Source: a virus
Strand: one strand, 5' to 3'
Length of the DNA stretch: 64,000 nucleotides
IMG/VR virus record: IMGVR_UViG_3300028608_000007
Span: 96,001-160,000 of that record
The notes under the pieces are model-generated. The model did not search any database. It saw nothing but the letters and a program-made list of their open reading frames with translations, and was not told the origin of the DNA. Below, piece after piece: positions 27,209 to 36,449 of the stretch. Within the stretch, counting starts at the first letter, position 1. Every line of letters begins with the position of its first letter. The position numbers were made by a program, and so were the translations under genes.

Positions 27209-28599
27209 CAGTAATCCCTCAAGCCGACCTTGATCAGGATCATCAACATCGGAACGTAGTAGAACCGTTCCAAGTTAGACCAGTTCTTGGAGGTGCGCAC
27301 CAAGTACAACAGTACGGTCTTGTCGATGGCTTCACCTTGCAGCAAGTCCCACAACAGCTTCTCAAGCTTAGAGAACCCTTCTGGAGTGTTCTCATAGAAC
27401 GCTTGGGACAGCACGTAGTAGTCATCCTTGTTGACATGGTGGATGTCAGGCAGAGCAGCTACCCCTACAGCGTCCTCAGAGGCCGTATGGAAGCCTTTCA
27501 TCTCCGACTGCACCAGCACACGCCGTAAGTCGTTATAACGCGTCTGCCCGCCTAATAGGCGCCCTGGAACGAGAGGATCGTTGTAGACCTCCTGACCATC
27601 GACGTGACGCAGGGTAGAACGCTCCGTAGGGAACACAACTTCCTGTACGCCACTGTAGTAGATCCCATCAAACAACGGACTTTCATCGAACTGACGGTAG
27701 GACACCAGACCAGCCGTTTGGAAGCACAGGTCGATCATGTCAGCATCGGCAGCAATCAAACAGGTCCAAAGGTTGTTCTCTTTGTACCGGATCGAGCGAT
27801 CAGTGTTGAGCGCTTTGATCTTCATGATGGTGTTGTTGTCAGTGTTGTCCAGCGTTGACAGGAAAGCCGTAACGAAGAACGGGTCGTAACACACACTGGT
27901 CTCTTGGTCGGGGATGATCAGCGTAGCGTACTCAGTGTTGAAGAAGTCAACCAAGTACTGGTTAAGCATCTTCTTGTAACCCTGGTTCAACGCAGCGATC
28001 TGTTCAAACTCGCTGGTAGCGATGACAGGGTTCTGACCGTAGTAGATGAAGTCACGAACGAACGTCGTGTCTCTCACCACTTTGCGTGCAAGGTCGTCCT
28101 TGTACTGTTTGGTCAGGTAGTCCCGCATGACGTAGTCAATGGTGTAGACTGCGTCTTTGAACACCGCTTTCTTTTCAGAGCGGATGACCGTGAACACACC
28201 CACTCGACCGTCACCTACGTCGGCCAAGAAGATGTCGCCTTGGTTAGGCATCGTCCCGCCGTAAACCGTAGCGGAACCTGTGATCACAGTGTTGCGGTCA
28301 GCGTCTTGCTGCTGGTAGGACAGCGGGGTGGTAACCTTCAGCTCCAAGTGACGAATCAACTTGTACTGTTGGTAGACTGCTTTCTGCGTCAGTTGCAGGT
28401 CGGAGGTTTCGTTGTCCAGATCGAGCACTTGGTTGTAGTAGTCGACAGTCCAGCTAGCGCCTTCAACGTGAGTCAGTAACGCAGTCTGTGGAACGTAACG
28501 AGAGTCCACCACCTGATTGCGAACTTCGGGAGCCACAGCAATCGGCTCTACCGGAACCGCCTTCGGTGGCAAACCCTGTTTGGAGTCTAAGATTGGCAT
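27208..28599 (-). CDS. Conserved virion structural protein
   Basis: 463 aa in the core operon; synteny. Confidence 0.6.
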   Translation of the reverse strand: MPILDSKQGLPPKAVPVEPIAVAPEVRNQVVDSRYVPQTALLTHVEGASWTVDYYNQVLDLDNETSDLQLTQKAVYQQYKLIRHLELKVTTPLSYQQQDADRNTVITGSATVYGGTMPNQGDIFLADVGDGRVGVFTVIRSEKKAVFKDAVYTIDYVMRDYLTKQYKDDLARKVVRDTTFVRDFIYYGQNPVIATSEFEQIAALNQGYKKMLNQYLVDFFNTEYATLIIPDQETSVCYDPFFVTAFLSTLDNTDNNTIMKIKALNTDRSIRYKENNLWTCLIAADADMIDLCFQTAGLVSYRQFDESPLFDGIYYSGVQEVVFPTERSTLRHVDGQEVYNDPLVPGRLLGGQTRYNDLRRVLVQSEMKGFHTASEDAVGVAALPDIHHVNKDDYYVLSQAFYENTPEGFSKLEKLLWDLLQGEAIDKTVLLYLVRTSKNWSNLERFYYVPMLMILIKVGLRDY

Positions 28600-30101
28600 T
28601 AGGGTTTTCCTCTCTTAGCGATGATACCGGTAACGCCTACCGTGTACATCCGACGAACTTGGGATTCCCGCTTCTTGTTGATGATGTCTTGCAACCAGCC
28701 ACCAGGGAAGTGACCACCAATCAACGGAGGCAGGGGTTTCTTGTTGGGGTACAGAGTTTTGATGACCTCAGTACAGAACTCACCGTCTTCTTTCAACCGA
28801 TCGATAGCACCCGGCGACAGTACAGACAGGTCAGTGACTAACCCGAAGCGCAAGTGGTACATATAACGAGGGTTCATGTCCAAGGCGCAGGTGAGGTTGC
28901 CGTCTACGTCCATCAGCACCGTACCGTCTGGCATCGGCTTACCCCAACGGTACAGACCGAAGTGGAAGATCGAATCGTACAGTCGGTTGATGTAAGGCCA
29001 TTCCTTCTTGAGGAACCGCAACGTCGCAGGACTGAATTCAAAGTCACCCAACTCATTGATGTTGAACAACTCACCACGATCCTCACCAATGCCCACCAGA
29101 ACGTCTAGCATGCTCGCTGTGCGTGAGTGATGCCACTCTGGTAGCCAATCATCAAACGCAGGAATACGATTGCCTAACAGCGGCTGCGTGCGTTCCTTGT
29201 AAAGGTTGGTGAATTGGTCGTAGTAGTACCGATCGTTAGCAGGACGACGTGCACGCTTGATCAACTCGTAGACCGAGTATTCACTGCGATACTTGACGTC
29301 GATCAGTTGGTTGTGGATGCAGACGGGGTAATGGAATTGAACACCCACTACTTTGTCGTACTGGAACGTGTAATCGAAACCAGTCTCCCACGGAGCACCA
29401 TCACCAGCCTTGGAACCTTTGTCTGGTTGTGCTACAAAGTTAAAACCACCCACGATGCCTGCTTGACGCTCAGTGATCGCCATGATGGGTTGAGTACCGG
29501 CTTGGGTAGTCAGTTGGGTAGCACGGCCTGAGATGTGGTCTTTCACCCACTTGCCGAGTTCCTCACCGTAAGGCTCCACCCGCTCACGCATCTCAAAGAT
29601 CTCGTGAAGGATGATAGCTACGACATCAGGGACCGGATAGTGGTAGTCCATCTCGTGAAGGATTTCCACGCGCCCTTGAGAGCTGCGCACACGGAATTCG
29701 TCACGCCACTTTTCTGCCATCGTGCGATCAGGTGCCCGGTAGCGGAAGCTAATCGTGACCTCACATTGAACGTAGATCGGTTTGACATAAACGTCCAACT
29801 TCTGATCGTAGAAAATAAAAGGTACGTTAGGTCGCTTCACTGCCGAAGTCAGTGTGCGGTCTTCAATGTACTGTTCGTCTGCTTCGATGTTGATACGACC
29901 ATTGAACGGGAACTTGTTTTGAATCCCGTTAGTCGTCATCGTAGAGCCTGGTTGGAATTGAGACTCGGCTGCACCGAAGAACTCAAAACCCGTATCCTCA
30001 GGAAGCCTCATGATGCCAATGAGCTGTTTCGCTACCTGGACAATAGCTGGACGGGTAATGGAGTTATACGTCTCTGGTAGTTCAACGACAATATTGGGCA
30101 T
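28599..30101 (-). CDS. Conserved virion structural protein
   Basis: Probable start MPNIVVELP at 30101 (about 500 aa). Confidence 0.6.
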   Translation of the reverse strand: MPNIVVELPETYNSITRPAIVQVAKQLIGIMRLPEDTGFEFFGAAESQFQPGSTMTTNGIQNKFPFNGRINIEADEQYIEDRTLTSAVKRPNVPFIFYDQKLDVYVKPIYVQCEVTISFRYRAPDRTMAEKWRDEFRVRSSQGRVEILHEMDYHYPVPDVVAIILHEIFEMRERVEPYGEELGKWVKDHISGRATQLTTQAGTQPIMAITERQAGIVGGFNFVAQPDKGSKAGDGAPWETGFDYTFQYDKVVGVQFHYPVCIHNQLIDVKYRSEYSVYELIKRARRPANDRYYYDQFTNLYKERTQPLLGNRIPAFDDWLPEWHHSRTASMLDVLVGIGEDRGELFNINELGDFEFSPATLRFLKKEWPYINRLYDSIFHFGLYRWGKPMPDGTVLMDVDGNLTCALDMNPRYMYHLRFGLVTDLSVLSPGAIDRLKEDGEFCTEVIKTLYPNKKPLPPLIGGHFPGGWLQDIINKKRESQVRRMYTVGVTGIIAKRGKP

Positions 30102-30255
30102 GTCGGGTCTCCAGTGTAAGATCATAGGATACCCAGAGAACAACAGCATAAGGACCAGCCATATAGGCTGGCTATATTGGGAATAAAGAGCCCCTAGACA
30201 ACAGCGGTGTTTTAAGGGCATTTGATACGGCTAGGTAGTAGGAAAATACCAAAAA

Positions 30256-30281
30256 AAACACCCCTAGACAAGCGGGTGTTT
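30256..30281 (-). terminator. Terminator with TATGCCGTC on the + side
   Basis: A-tract, then AAACACCC...GGGTGTTT, then CTTATGCCGTC. Confidence 0.7.
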
Positions 30282-30294
30282 CTTATGCCGTCGC

Positions 30295-30804
30295 TTATTC
30301 GGCAACGAAGCCATGAGAGGCAACGTCACCGGTCAGCTCGCCGCGCAGGCTGCGGATCATCAGGTCGAACACCAGCGGTACTTCCTGACGCATGCCCAGA
30401 GGCCCGGACAGCGAGGTAGTGAGGATCAAGACACGATCACAACCGTGGGCCACGATGCCGAAGTTCTCGTACAGGTACGGTTGACCGCCGTAGGCCGCTG
30501 GGCTTTGTTCCATGTACGACATGCCCATGTTCAGCATGCGGGGTTGTTGGAACGCCAGGACACGTTGATTGATTGCGTTGGCTTCTGGCCCGCTGACCTG
30601 ATTGAAGGTGATCGGGTTCAGGATCAGAGAGAAGCCTTTGCCTTCTTTGATGTCGGCAGCGAACTCAGGGCTGAGCTTTGCAATGCCTTCGATCACGCTT
30701 TCCAGCGAAGTGATCAGGTAGCGTTTGTCGAAGAACTGACCGCACACCAGGTTAGCGATTGGGAAGGTCTTGACGGGCTGTTTTTCTTGCTGTTCCATTT
30801 GCAT
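30295..30804 (-). CDS. Hypothetical early protein
   Basis: 169 aa, downstream of the early promoter at 31203. Confidence 0.7.
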   Translation of the reverse strand: MQMEQQEKQPVKTFPIANLVCGQFFDKRYLITSLESVIEGIAKLSPEFAADIKEGKGFSLILNPITFNQVSGPEANAINQRVLAFQQPRMLNMGMSYMEQSPAAYGGQPYLYENFGIVAHGCDRVLILTTSLSGPLGMRQEVPLVFDLMIRSLRGELTGDVASHGFVAE

Positions 30805-30836
30805 ACTCTCTTGAGTTAAAGGTTTGACGGAGGGTG

Positions 30837-31145
30837 TTACTTAGCAGGGTGGTTCGGTGGAACGCCGATCTTGAAGGCACGGACCCACTTGCGAACCTTG
30901 AAGAACTGATACCAGCCCACAACGTAGTTGACGATGATCAGAGGGATCAACGCCATCATACCGAAGTAGCCAGCGAGGAACAGGAACAACGCTGTACCGG
31001 CCGTCATCTTGTAGCGGTCAGGACAGGTAGTGATGAGGAACTTGACAGCACGACTGTCGTTCTTCTTCTCGAACAGGTAGATTCCACGGAGGACGACGAA
31101 GAACCCGAAGACGAGAATGAAGTACATGAAGATAGTGAAGGCCAT
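30837..31145 (-). CDS. Early membrane protein (3 TM)
   Basis: Hydrophobic segments; first gene after the promoter. Confidence 0.7.
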   Translation of the reverse strand: MAFTIFMYFILVFGFFVVLRGIYLFEKKNDSRAVKFLITTCPDRYKMTAGTALFLFLAGYFGMMALIPLIIVNYVVGWYQFFKVRKWVRAFKIGVPPNHPAK

Positions 31146-31202
31146 AGTTAAAACTCCCTTGAGCTTTGAGATTAGAAGGTTTGGTACCAGTGTTACACCA
31201 GA

Positions 31203-31216
31203 GTAATATACATCTC
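31203..31216 (-). promoter_or_regulatory. Early promoter (TATATTAC)
   Basis: The minus strand reads GAGATGTATATTAC, an exact match to the published phiKZ early consensus TATATTAC. Confidence 0.75.
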
Positions 31217-31251
31217 AAATCTTTTTCATTCCAGTTACAGACGGCATAAAA

Positions 31252-31271
31252 GCCCGCCCCGAAGGACGGGC
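31252..31271 (-). terminator. Hairpin + TTTTATGCCGTC on the minus strand
   Basis: GACGGCATAAAA-GCCCG...CGGGC. Confidence 0.75.
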
Positions 31272-31307
31272 TTTTACTCAGACGACTGAATCAGTCGACT
31301 TCAAGAA

Positions 31308-32615
31308 TTACTTCTTGGCGTCGTCTTTCTTCTTGTCATCTTTCTTTTCGCTCTTGCCAGCGGCAGCGATCGAACGCTCAACCAGGCTCAGAGCAGAGCG
31401 AACGGCGCTGAAGCCAGCGTTGTTCACTTGCAGCAGCGGACGGGTCAGGTCCTTGGTCGCTTTGCGCAGGCCGCGGTTAACGGTAGCGTTCGACCAGGCT
31501 TTGCCCAGCTTGCCTTGTTCGGCAGCGTTCACGAACTTCTCGGTGGTCTGAACAGCCTTCTCACGAGCGGCGTTCAGCTTGTCCATGTAGGAGCCCTTGG
31601 CCAGCAGGGTTTCTACGATGGTCGAGCAGTGACCCAGGATGTCGCGCAGGGTGTTCGGACCAGGGCAGTCGATCTCGGTGCCTTCGTTGATGGAAGGCTT
31701 CTTACGGTCCAGGGTCAGGGAGACCTTGGTCGCGTCGTCGCCAGCAGGACCTTCTTCCTTGCTGGTGGAGAAGAACCAGCCACCGGCAGCTTCTTTCGAA
31801 CGACCGGACAGCTTCACGGCGACAGGCGAGAACATGCCTTCAGCGCTTTCGACTTCTTTGGTGATGGCCGATTCTTCCAGGGCAGCCTGGGTTTTCGGGT
31901 CAGCCAGAACAGCGCCGATGTGCTGGTAGTACTTCTCAGCAGCCGGAGCCAGCTCGCCCCAGGATTCCTGAACCAGTTCGCCCAGAACAGCCATGCCCTG
32001 AGAAACGCTGGAGCCGTCGACCTTGCCTTTGTAGGCAATGGCTTCGCCGCCGGAGACCTTGACTTTCTTGCCCTGGTAGTCGACCGCGTCGGCAGTCTTG
32101 CCTTTCAGAGCTTCGATGCGCGACTTCAGCTTCTTGGCGCCGCCGAAGATCTTGGCGAAGAAGTTCTTGACCGCAGCGATGGCCTTGGCCACGGCGTTCT
32201 TGATGGCCTGCCAGATCTTCTTGATGGTTTCCTTGATGCCTTCCATCGAGATGGTGGTGGCAGCGGCTTGGCCAGACTGGCCGCCGAAGGATTCCAGGGA
32301 AGGAGTAACGGCGCTGACTTTCAGGCCCAGGCGCTGGGTGTAGGAACCAACGGCGTGTTGCATGAACAGAGCAGCCTGAGGGTTCAGACCACCGTCTTGC
32401 ATGGCGGCTTCCATCGAAACGTAGATGGACTCCAGGCCGTCGGAGATTTCTTCCAGCTCACCTTGGTCGTCGGAAGACTGCTCGCTCTCGGCGAAGGCTT
32501 CGGCGGTTTCGGCGATTTCTTGCTCAACGGTATCGTCCGGGCTCACGACCAGGTCGGTTTCGTTGACGGTGTCGTCTTCCATGGAGACGAACAGTTGACG
32601 CAGAGATTGAGACAT
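31308..32615 (-). CDS. Internal head (inner body/ejection) protein, phiKZ gp93-like
   Basis: Acidic propeptide with repeated S[ML]E sites, GLNP and PSLESFGG; start MSQSLRQ; strong codon bias. Confidence 0.8.
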   Translation of the reverse strand: MSQSLRQLFVSMEDDTVNETDLVVSPDDTVEQEIAETAEAFAESEQSSDDQGELEEISDGLESIYVSMEAAMQDGGLNPQAALFMQHAVGSYTQRLGLKVSAVTPSLESFGGQSGQAAATTISMEGIKETIKKIWQAIKNAVAKAIAAVKNFFAKIFGGAKKLKSRIEALKGKTADAVDYQGKKVKVSGGEAIAYKGKVDGSSVSQGMAVLGELVQESWGELAPAAEKYYQHIGAVLADPKTQAALEESAITKEVESAEGMFSPVAVKLSGRSKEAAGGWFFSTSKEEGPAGDDATKVSLTLDRKKPSINEGTEIDCPGPNTLRDILGHCSTIVETLLAKGSYMDKLNAAREKAVQTTEKFVNAAEQGKLGKAWSNATVNRGLRKATKDLTRPLLQVNNAGFSAVRSALSLVERSIAAAGKSEKKDDKKKDDAKK

Positions 32616-32693
32616 GTGGAGTAACTCCGATAAACAATTGTTGATGCGTAAATGCACACGTGCATAACATACATACATTTACACAGATTGGCT

Positions 32694-33287
32694 TTACACG
32701 AACTTCGCGTACAGGGCCCGGAGGTCAATAGGGTCGTCGCCCTTAGCCTTAGGATTGCGCCATTCACCAAACATGATGTACAGCGTAATCACCAAGTCGT
32801 TCAGACCTTCTGGATGGGAGATCCATTCGGAAACCACCTTGCTCGGGGCGGTTCCTACCTTTTGGTAGAACTCACGAATCTCCTTGCTGGCGTTACGCTC
32901 CCTATAATCATTACTGGGTTTAGGGTTCTCAGTCAGCAAGGCTAACCAGTTCTGAACAGACACCCGGCGACGACCCGTTTGGATGTACTTAAGGGTATCG
33001 AGCAGAAACTCATAATTATATCCGTACAGAAACGGATTGTTCTTCTGCGTATTGAGGAACAGAGCGAAGTTGTTGAAGCAACCCATCGCTACACGCAGGG
33101 CTCGTTTTTGGAACGTCCAACCATTGCGGTCGACAGTCCCTTCGATCAAGCTGGTGTACAGCGTGTTAACGTCAGCGCTACCGCTAACACGACTGATGTC
33201 CATACGATCAGAGGGAGCAATGAAACCGCGAGGGTAGAGGTCACCCGATACGCGGCTAGTCATTGAAACCTTCCTCCATCTCAGCAA
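32694..33287 (-). CDS. Conserved head-associated protein
   Basis: Located in the core head-gene operon. Confidence 0.6.
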   Translation of the reverse strand: MLRWRKVSMTSRVSGDLYPRGFIAPSDRMDISRVSGSADVNTLYTSLIEGTVDRNGWTFQKRALRVAMGCFNNFALFLNTQKNNPFLYGYNYEFLLDTLKYIQTGRRRVSVQNWLALLTENPKPSNDYRERNASKEIREFYQKVGTAPSKVVSEWISHPEGLNDLVITLYIMFGEWRNPKAKGDDPIDLRALYAKFV

Positions 33288-34146
33288 GCTTCTTGTTCAG
33301 CTTTTGCAGACGACCTTCCGTATAGACGATCTCCTGCTCGATCTTCGCATCTTTGCTGCCGTCTTTCAGAACGAGCAAGCGGTACTCGAGAGCACGCTTC
33401 TCTTCTACAGCAGCCTTGTAGCGGTTGACCTGCCACTCAGCGATAGCCATGCGGACATAGTAGATCGGGTTCAGGCGAACCGGGATGATGCCGAAGTGGA
33501 ACGGATCGGTCTTGGTAGCGCCAACGGTGGCTTCTACGGTCGATACGTCGTCCGGTGCTACAACCATATCAGGAATGGCTTGGAACGAGCTTTCCATGCG
33601 ACGTACGTCGATGGAGAGGATGCTGAGGCAGTACGCGTAGTTGTCGCGGTTGTCCCAGATCCAACGCTCTTCAGCACGGGACATGGCTTTCGGTACTCGG
33701 AACGGACCGTCTTCCGATTGCTCTTCGGACAGAGTCCACAGCAACAGACGACGAGCATAACGAGAAGCGAAGGACGCCACTTCCAGATACTGGAGGATGT
33801 TCGCACGCAAGAAGCTGATGCTGGTCGAACCCACGTCTTTAGCAAACGCACGGTCGATCAGTTTGCCCAACACTTCGATCTTGTCGTCCATGTTCGACAG
33901 GACTTGGTAGGACGCTACGATGTAGTTGCCACCAGCCTTTTCGATCTTGGCGATCTTGAGGAAGTTCTTGTCGTAGTTCTGGGTTTGCTTACCCTTGAAC
34001 TTGGAGTTGCGGTAGAACTCGGAAGCTTCACGCAGCGGAGGCAGAGTGAGTTCTTTGAGTTCGTTCTTGACGACCGCCAGCTCTTCGATCAGACGACCCT
34101 TCTCGAAGGTCGGCAACATCAGAGCGAGAAACTTTTGTAACTTCAT
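33256..34146 (-). CDS. Virion head protein (phiKZ gp90-like)
   Basis: Synteny; C-terminal coiled coil. Confidence 0.6.
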   Translation of the reverse strand: MKLQKFLALMLPTFEKGRLIEELAVVKNELKELTLPPLREASEFYRNSKFKGKQTQNYDKNFLKIAKIEKAGGNYIVASYQVLSNMDDKIEVLGKLIDRAFAKDVGSTSISFLRANILQYLEVASFASRYARRLLLWTLSEEQSEDGPFRVPKAMSRAEERWIWDNRDNYAYCLSILSIDVRRMESSFQAIPDMVVAPDDVSTVEATVGATKTDPFHFGIIPVRLNPIYYVRMAIAEWQVNRYKAAVEEKRALEYRLLVLKDGSKDAKIEQEIVYTEGRLQKLNKKLAEMEEGFND

Positions 34147-34158
34147 GGTGACCTCGAG

Positions 34159-35292
34159 TTAGATGGCGGGGCTGTTGCCCAGTTGGTAAGCCTTCAGGAT
34201 CTCGGCTACGTCTGGACCTTTGCCTTTGTTGGAGACAGCCAGTTCTTTTACCGACATCTCGGTTGGGATAGCAATCGAGCGGTGGTAGAAGGTGACGTGT
34301 TCCCACTCAGGATCGACCACGCAGAGGATCATGCAGTAGGTCTCACGGAAGAGCTTCTCACGAACGCGGAAGTCCTTCAGACGACCACCGACCTGGCGCT
34401 CGATGTCTTTCACCGCATTGGAGGAACACACGATGATGTTCGATGCAGTGGCCACCGAAGGTTGACCAGAGAAGATGGCAGAGATGCTGTTACCCTTACG
34501 GCGCTTACGCAGCTCGTCGTACAGACCGGTTGGGTCTTTGGCCAGGGTTTTCTTGTGAGCATCGATCAGGTCTTGGCACAGCAGCAGGTCGCGAACGAAC
34601 TCCAGTTGACCTGCACGCCAAGCGTGGAAGCGTTCCTTGACGGAGATGTTCTTGCTGCCGACGCTTAAGATATGAACCAGCTCCTTGGTCCCGATGCCGC
34701 TGCAAATGAGGCGGACGTTGATCGGGAAGGTAGCTTTGTTACCCTCGGACTCGATGTTCACTTCGAGCATCTTGCCGACAGACAGGTTGGTCAGCTCACC
34801 CAGCATCGAGACAGTGTCACGACCGTTGGTGAGGGTTGGCGGATTGCCTTCCGGGATCACGTCGTCGATGTCTTCAAGACTCACGTTGAGGTTTTGCAGA
34901 CCGTCACGACCGCCAGGAACCGGCAGAGCAAAACGATACGAACGCGCATCTTCCAGGCTGACCATGGTGGCGACACCGTTGGAGACGCCATTGATCAGGT
35001 TGTCAGTCGCGTTGCGCTTGGGGTTCAGCTTGTCCAGCAGGCGGATCACATCCACGCTACCAACGTTTACCGACAGCGCGATCGCTTGCAGGTAGTAGCC
35101 ACTGAACAGCGAGGTCAGAGACTGCATGATGTCGTTGGCATAGGGCAGACGAATGAGCGATTCGTCCATCAGGACGATCGGCTCCACGCGAGTAGGTTGG
35201 GTGTATTCGATCAACGAACCAGCCTTCGCGGCCCGCATCGTGTCCGTCAATTTACTGGCCATATTAAGGCCAGTCACAATGTCATTCATCAT
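34159..35292 (-). CDS. Virion head protein (phiKZ gp89-like)
   Basis: Synteny; two VSLED processing-like sites. Confidence 0.6.
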   Translation of the reverse strand: MMNDIVTGLNMASKLTDTMRAAKAGSLIEYTQPTRVEPIVLMDESLIRLPYANDIMQSLTSLFSGYYLQAIALSVNVGSVDVIRLLDKLNPKRNATDNLINGVSNGVATMVSLEDARSYRFALPVPGGRDGLQNLNVSLEDIDDVIPEGNPPTLTNGRDTVSMLGELTNLSVGKMLEVNIESEGNKATFPINVRLICSGIGTKELVHILSVGSKNISVKERFHAWRAGQLEFVRDLLLCQDLIDAHKKTLAKDPTGLYDELRKRRKGNSISAIFSGQPSVATASNIIVCSSNAVKDIERQVGGRLKDFRVREKLFRETYCMILCVVDPEWEHVTFYHRSIAIPTEMSVKELAVSNKGKGPDVAEILKAYQLGNSPAI

Positions 35293-35318
35293 TACTGATA
35301 ATCCCTCGAAGGTGACTA

Positions 35319-36449
35319 ATGGCTAAAACTATCAAAGATGTGTTGAGCATCATTCAAAAGGCAGGTGGGCTAGGTGATCTTTCGCAGGCCGCGATCAATA
35401 ACCTTAAAGGCATCAACCACCGAGGTTTCGGAAACCCGTTACCAGTCAACAAAGATAACCAGGGCTTGACGTTCTTCACACGCCCTAACCTGAACTTATC
35501 ATACGATAATATTGCAGCTAAGCGAATTCTGACCCCTTTGCTCGACGGCGACGGTCCAGCCATGAATACGTACCAGCGTGCGATCCGTATGACGCTCGAT
35601 CCTTACCTCGGAGATCCGGCAGCTTTTAAGATGGGAGACCCTCGTCGTGGGGCCCAAATGATGACTTGTGACCTGATTGATCAGAAGCAAGCTTTCATTC
35701 CGATCTTGACGAACTGCCTGATTTCGTTAGGGGGTTGGCCTGACCTTTCGGTTGAGACTTTCCGTTCGACGCCCGGTAACTACGGTGAGTCGTGGGCTAT
35801 GGTGGACAGTAGCTCTCGCTTCTATGAAACGTACGAATTGAACGCGGCGTTTAAGAGTCTCGAGGGTGACCCAATCTCCACGATCTTCTCGACTTGGCTA
35901 CACTATATGTCGGGGGTTTACGAGGGGTCGATGGTTCCTTACCCGAACAACCTCGTGGAGCGACGCATTGACTACCAGACTCGGATCTATCGAATCCTTC
36001 TCGATTCCAGTCGTCGGTACGTCCAAAAGATCGCAGCCTGTGGTGCCGCCTTCCCTGTCAACTCTCCACTGGGCAACGCGTTCAACTTCACGAACGAGGG
36101 TGTCTATAACCAAGACAACGATCAAATCCAGATCCGCTTCGTAGCGATGGGTGCCGACTACAACGACCCTATCACCATTCAAGAGTTCAACGCTGTAGTG
36201 CAGATCTTCAACCCGGAGATGAAAGGTGACGATAACGATCGTTCCCGCTACTACCGCAAACTCGATGGCATTGATGAGATGAAAGCCTACAACTATAACG
36301 GCTATCCTCGCATTGATCCTGAATCGATGGAACTCACGTGGTGGGTACCGATTGACAACAGCTCGGTGAGCGTTGCTGTCGCGACTCCTTCTGCGGGTGT
36401 GGACCTCTCCCCGATCACTGACCTCCTCAAGGGCACTGCTAACACATGA
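35319..36449 (+). CDS. Virion structural protein (phiKZ gp88-like)
   Basis: 376 aa, divergent from the head operon; synteny. Confidence 0.6.
   Translation: MAKTIKDVLSIIQKAGGLGDLSQAAINNLKGINHRGFGNPLPVNKDNQGLTFFTRPNLNLSYDNIAAKRILTPLLDGDGPAMNTYQRAIRMTLDPYLGDPAAFKMGDPRRGAQMMTCDLIDQKQAFIPILTNCLISLGGWPDLSVETFRSTPGNYGESWAMVDSSSRFYETYELNAAFKSLEGDPISTIFSTWLHYMSGVYEGSMVPYPNNLVERRIDYQTRIYRILLDSSRRYVQKIAACGAAFPVNSPLGNAFNFTNEGVYNQDNDQIQIRFVAMGADYNDPITIQEFNAVVQIFNPEMKGDDNDRSRYYRKLDGIDEMKAYNYNGYPRIDPESMELTWWVPIDNSSVSVAVATPSAGVDLSPITDLLKGTANT

Noticed and set aside
31428-32624. 398-aa plus-strand ORF
   Set aside because: Shadow of the codon-biased inner-head gene.
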